Source of the DNA: Somniosus microcephalus
Taxonomy: Eukaryota
Length of the DNA: 64,000 bases
Assembly: GCA_052327205.1 (NCBI GenBank)
Contig: CM126233.1
Location: 36,146,001-36,210,000, forward strand
Direction: 5' to 3'
Positions 60,135 to 64,000 of the stretch are shown here, one piece after another. The notes under the pieces are model-generated. The model searched no databases, was not told where the DNA came from, and was given only the letters and a program-made list of their open reading frames with translations. Both the position numbers and the translations under genes were made by a program. The stretch's first letter is position 1, and each line of letters opens with the position of its first letter.

Positions 60135-60536
60135 CTTGCGCTTTAAAGCACCAATGAAGTATAGTCACTGTTGTAATGTAGGAAACAACGGCAGCCAATA
60201 TGCAAAGCTCCCACAAACAGCAATGTGATAATACCTGTAATTAGATCATCTGTTATAGTGATGTTGGTTGAGGGATAAATATTGGCCAGGATACTGGGGA
60301 TAACACCCCTGCTCTTCGAAATAGTGCCATGGGATCTTTCACGTCCACCCGAGGGGGCAGATGGGGCCTCGGTTTAACGTCTCATCCGAAAGACGGCACC
60401 TCTGACAGTGCAGCACTCCTCAGCACTGCACTGGTGTGCCAGCTTAGATTTTGTGCTCAAGTTCCTAGAGTGGCACTAGTTGAACCCACGACCTTCTGAC
60501 TCAGGAGAGTGCTACCCACTGAGCCACGGCTGACAC
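60135..60536 (-). mobile_element. Well-preserved Deu-domain SINE (SacSINE1-like)
   Basis: Minus strand GTGTCAGCCGTGGCTCAGTGGGTAGCACTCTC..GGGTTCAA head and intact Deu core GAGGTGCCGTCTTTCGGATGAGACGTTAAACCGAGGCCCC..GATCCCATGGCACTATTTCGAAGAGCAGGGG. Confidence 0.85.
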
Positions 60537-60879
60537 CCTGTCAGACGTTTGTCTAACTTGTTTCCAATTCATACAATGCATTCAATTCCAGATTAGATTG
60601 CAGTATTCTAAATGCAGGACGAAAAGTGTGGCAATTGCTGCTTTAGAAGATTAAAAGCTTAAGAAATTTCCGAAACATGTGACATTGTACGTGGCTGCCT
60701 ATTAGGTTTCTTGAAAGATAGCTGTGCACGCATAATAGGCATGGCTGTGGCCCACGACCAGAGTAAAATACCACTATTGTAGCTCAGATTGTCTTGCAGA
60801 CAGATGATTAATAGTTCAGAGCTTGAAATAACAAGTTTGATTGTAAATGAAAAACACGTGAATTATATGAAGGGGAGAC

Positions 60880-61160
60880 ACATTCGTGTTGGGAAATGGA
60901 CACTTTCCACTTTGGACACCCAATCAGCATCTACACTAAACACTCCTAGATCAGGTAGCATGGTTAGATACAAGCCATAGCTCTTCTGACTCTGTCCAAA
61001 TATCCCTCACCTTCAATTGGAGCAAGGCACTCCCTGTTGCATCATGTGAAATCATTATTTTCCACACCGGCTGTTGTTTGCCTCTGATGGGGTTTACAAA
61101 ATTAGTGCCAGTTCTGTTCCATTGATCCCTGACCTTTTGGAAACTGGGTTGAAGATCAAG
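60880..61160 (-). mobile_element. LF-SINE-like 3' portion carrying a single copy of the minisatellite unit
   Basis: ggaaatggacactttcca..cagcatc..aaacactcc..caggtagca.ggttagataca..gctc..ctgtcc..cttcaattgg aligns with 16310-16417 and 16740-16757. Confidence 0.55.
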
Positions 61161-61807
61161 ATTTGGAGTTCCAAATGACAGAGTTATCTTCCCTATACTA
61201 AAGTAAAAGTTGTTACTTCACACGTTGGGTCTGCTTTCCTATCAGTTCCAGGCTGTTTAAAAGGGTCAGTGTCTACAGGAGCAGCTGCAACCAGAGCCAA
61301 GCTAATGGATTCAACATCAGTCATCAGATGTCAAATGTTTCTTTTGGTCCATTATAAACACAAGGTTTTCTTGAAACATTCCGCAAGGCCTTCTCCACCA
61401 TCACCAAGTAGCACAAGATACTGTAATCATAGTATTAGGTCCTCACTATCAGACTGCTTCAGCTGCACTGTTTATTCAGGAAATATTTTACACAGCACTC
61501 GCTCACACGGGGAAAGATTCACAATCATCCAGAACATTTAAATGGCCGCAACTGGACCGTCAATGTAACTGCACAGTAAAGCAATGAGGGAGCTCGCCAC
61601 TCAGTATCCACCTGACCAGAATAGAACTTTATTAATTCACGAGTTGTTCCAACACCAGCATTAAACAGTACGCTCTCCAATTCATTCTTTCCCAAGGCCT
61701 CAAATCCTAACCTCTATCAATCTTCCATTCTTCCACATGCTTTTGACACTCAAGCTTGCCATCACCCAACTACAGCTTCTCCACATCTCTCCTACACTTT
61801 TCAAGCT

Positions 61808-62776
61808 TAGAAACATAGAAGATAGGAGCAGGAGTAGGCCATTCGGCCTTTCGAGCCTGCTCCGCCATTCAATGTGATCATGGCTGATCATCCAAATTCA
61901 GTACCCTGTCCCTGCCTTTTCCCCATATCCCTTTAGCCTCAAGAAATATATCCAACTCTTTCTTGAATATATTTAATGAACTAGCCTCCACCACCCTCTG
62001 TGGCAGAGAATTCCACAGGTTCACCACTCTCTGGGTGAAGAAATTCCTCATTTCAGTCCTAAATGGCTTACCCCTTATCCTTAGACTATGACCCCTGGTT
62101 CTGGACTCCCCGGCCATCAGAAACATCCTTCCTGCATCTAGTCTGTCCAGACCCGACAGAATTTTTTAGGTTTCGATGAGATCCCCTCTCAATCTGTCTA
62201 AACTCCAGTGAGTATAAGCCCAATCGACACAATCTCTCCTCATACGTCATTCCTGCCATCCCAGGTATCAGCCTGGTGAATCTTCGCTGCACTCCCTCCA
62301 TGGCAAGAACGTCCTTCCTCAGGTAAGGTGACCAAAACTGCACACAATACTCAACGTGCAGTCTCACCAAGGCCCTGTACAACCGTAGCAAGACATCCTT
62401 GTTCCTGTACTCGAACCCTCTTGCTACGAAGGCCAACATACCATTTGCCTTCTTAACCGCCTGCTGCACCTGCATGCTTACCTTCAGCGACTGGTGCACA
62501 AGGACACCCAGGTCTCTTTGCACTTCCCCTTCTCCCAATCTATTGCCATTCAAATAATAATCTGCCTTCCTGTTTTTGCCACCAAAGTGGATAACCTCGC
62601 ATTTATCCACATTATAGTGCATTTGCCATGTTTCTGCCCAATCACCCAACCTGTCCAAATCGTACTGGAGTTTCCAGACATCCTCCTCGCAGCTTACCCT
62701 CCTGCCCAGCTTTGTGTCGTCTGCAAATTTGGAGATATTACATCCAATTCCCTCGTCCAGATCATTAATATATATA
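61808..62776 (-). mobile_element. CR1 LINE 3' fragment (about 970 bp)
   Basis: ORF 62086..62658 [16 protein letters not shown]...QRDLGV...LYRALVRLHVEYCVQFWSP; intact 3' UTR and (TTTCTATG)-type tail. Confidence 0.93.
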
Positions 62777-64000
62777 GCTTGTGCTGTTCTGTGCTATGGG
62801 CCTTAGCCTTTATCGAAGTTTATTTTTAAAAAAAATACTGCTAGGAAGAACTAGGTTTAAAAAATGGCAGCTTGGCACCAAATGCTGAGTGGGTGACTTA
62901 ACTATAATTTTGCTGTTCAATGCAAGAACTGAAAAAGGTAAGATCAAGAAGGTACCACCCCATCCCATTTAATTCACCCCCCTCGCATTTTCTTTGGTCC
63001 ATTCTTCAGGTCCAGACAACTTTAGCCTTCCTTCTGCCTAGCCATCAAACTTACTTTTCTCTACTCCCTCCTGAATCAAATGTCTAACATTTTTGTGAAT
63101 GCTTCAGCTTAATGCACATTCATTCCACTAGGTGACAGTCTATTGCACATGAATTTTAAGTGTGAAATAGGTACTTCAGTGCGCTTGTCTCAATTACGTT
63201 CCCAGTGAAACACAAAGAACCCCTCTATACCCACCACACCAATTTCAGGATTTTGAAAACCATCACGTTTCCTGCACTTCTCCCTCAGTTCCTCCCCAAC
63301 ACCTCCCGCTTTGAGATGTCCTGAAGTTGTGAGGTGCTATATACAGTAAATGCAAGTTCTTTCTTTATCTATTATCCCGAAGCCACGAGTGTAATACTCG
63401 TGTCATTTAAGTGGAATTCATTCTTAAAGCAGCACCAAATTCATAATATAACAGCAGCATTATAAACACACACACACATCCTGCTCAAGATCACGATCCA
63501 GTAACCACAGAAGGAAGTGTATGTGTTGAGGTCAAGCAAGATCAGCATATATTTGGATGTCGGGCTCAGCTGTGATGTCCTGTCCCAACCCCTTTAGGTG
63601 TGAACAGCCCAAGGTGCTCAAATTCATGGAGGCGCTAAACAAGTTGAAGTGCACCATTACAATTATTTGAGAATCGCACCTTATTGTAGCGGCAATGAAA
63701 CAGAAAAGGCAGACTTGCTATTCGAAGATCAAAGGATGGTGGCCTAATTAAGAGCATCTCTACAGGATCAACTGGAAAGGGGGGGGGGGGGGGGGGGGGG
63801 GGGGAGATAGGAAAAGAAAGAAGAGTGAGGCATTACCAATTTCAAGCATGTATCAATCTACTTCAACAGTTGCCCCAACCATACCATAAGTAACTTGGGC
63901 ATCATGCCAAGGATTCAAAGTGAGATGATGAAATTCTCCTCTCTACATATTTGGGCTGGAGCTCCTCCAATCACACTCTTCAAATATAATTTCCAATATT

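Noticed and set aside
60470-60536. tRNA gene
   Set aside because: A/B-box-like motifs are present, but they run directly into the Deu SINE body with no complete cloverleaf; this is a SINE head.
62086-62658. 190-aa RT-like ORF as a functional gene
   Set aside because: It is a 5'-truncated, frameshifted CR1 ORF2 fragment.
63590-63630. Possible furin first coding exon (a WAV motif on the minus strand)
   Set aside because: Flanked by in-frame stops (TGA..WAVHT.TAA) and lies in a SINE remnant; the first coding exon is not recognisable in this window.

Overview
Eukaryotic vertebrate genomic DNA. The repeat content (SacSINE1/Deu-type SINEs, CR1 and L2 LINEs, Penelope-type termini) suggests a cartilaginous fish such as a shark; this is inference. 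The window is dominated by one gene on the minus strand, the proprotein convertase furin. I traced 14 coding exons by hand, equivalent to human exons 3-16, from 53641 down to the stop codon at 18933. All have GT-AG boundaries and join in frame (2199 nt, 732 aa plus stop), with the catalytic D/H/N/S residues, the RTKR|D pro-cleavage site, the RRGDL P-domain motif, a TM helix and the YKGI/acidic-cluster tail intact. The first coding exon is not recognisable and probably lies beyond 64000. The 3' UTR probably extends about 6.9 kb to an ATTAAA at 12036-12041, whose context resembles the human FURIN mRNA 3' end as I recall it. The rest is transposon-rich intron and intergenic DNA: CR1, L2 and another Jockey-group LINE, several ancient tRNA-SINE families (Deu/SacSINE1-like, AmnSINE2-like, LF-SINE-like), two Tc1/mariner-type MITEs and a Harbinger-like remnant. 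The most interesting item is a TSD-flanked fold-back element at 25664-25972 that carries a minimal hammerhead-ribozyme core on each strand. Also notable is a 6-unit minisatellite grown from the tail of an LF-SINE-like element inside the putative 3' UTR. No prokaryotic systems or CRISPR arrays are present. Repeat family names come from my recollection of consensus sequences and need a database check; repeat boundaries are approximate unless TSDs or TIRs are quoted.
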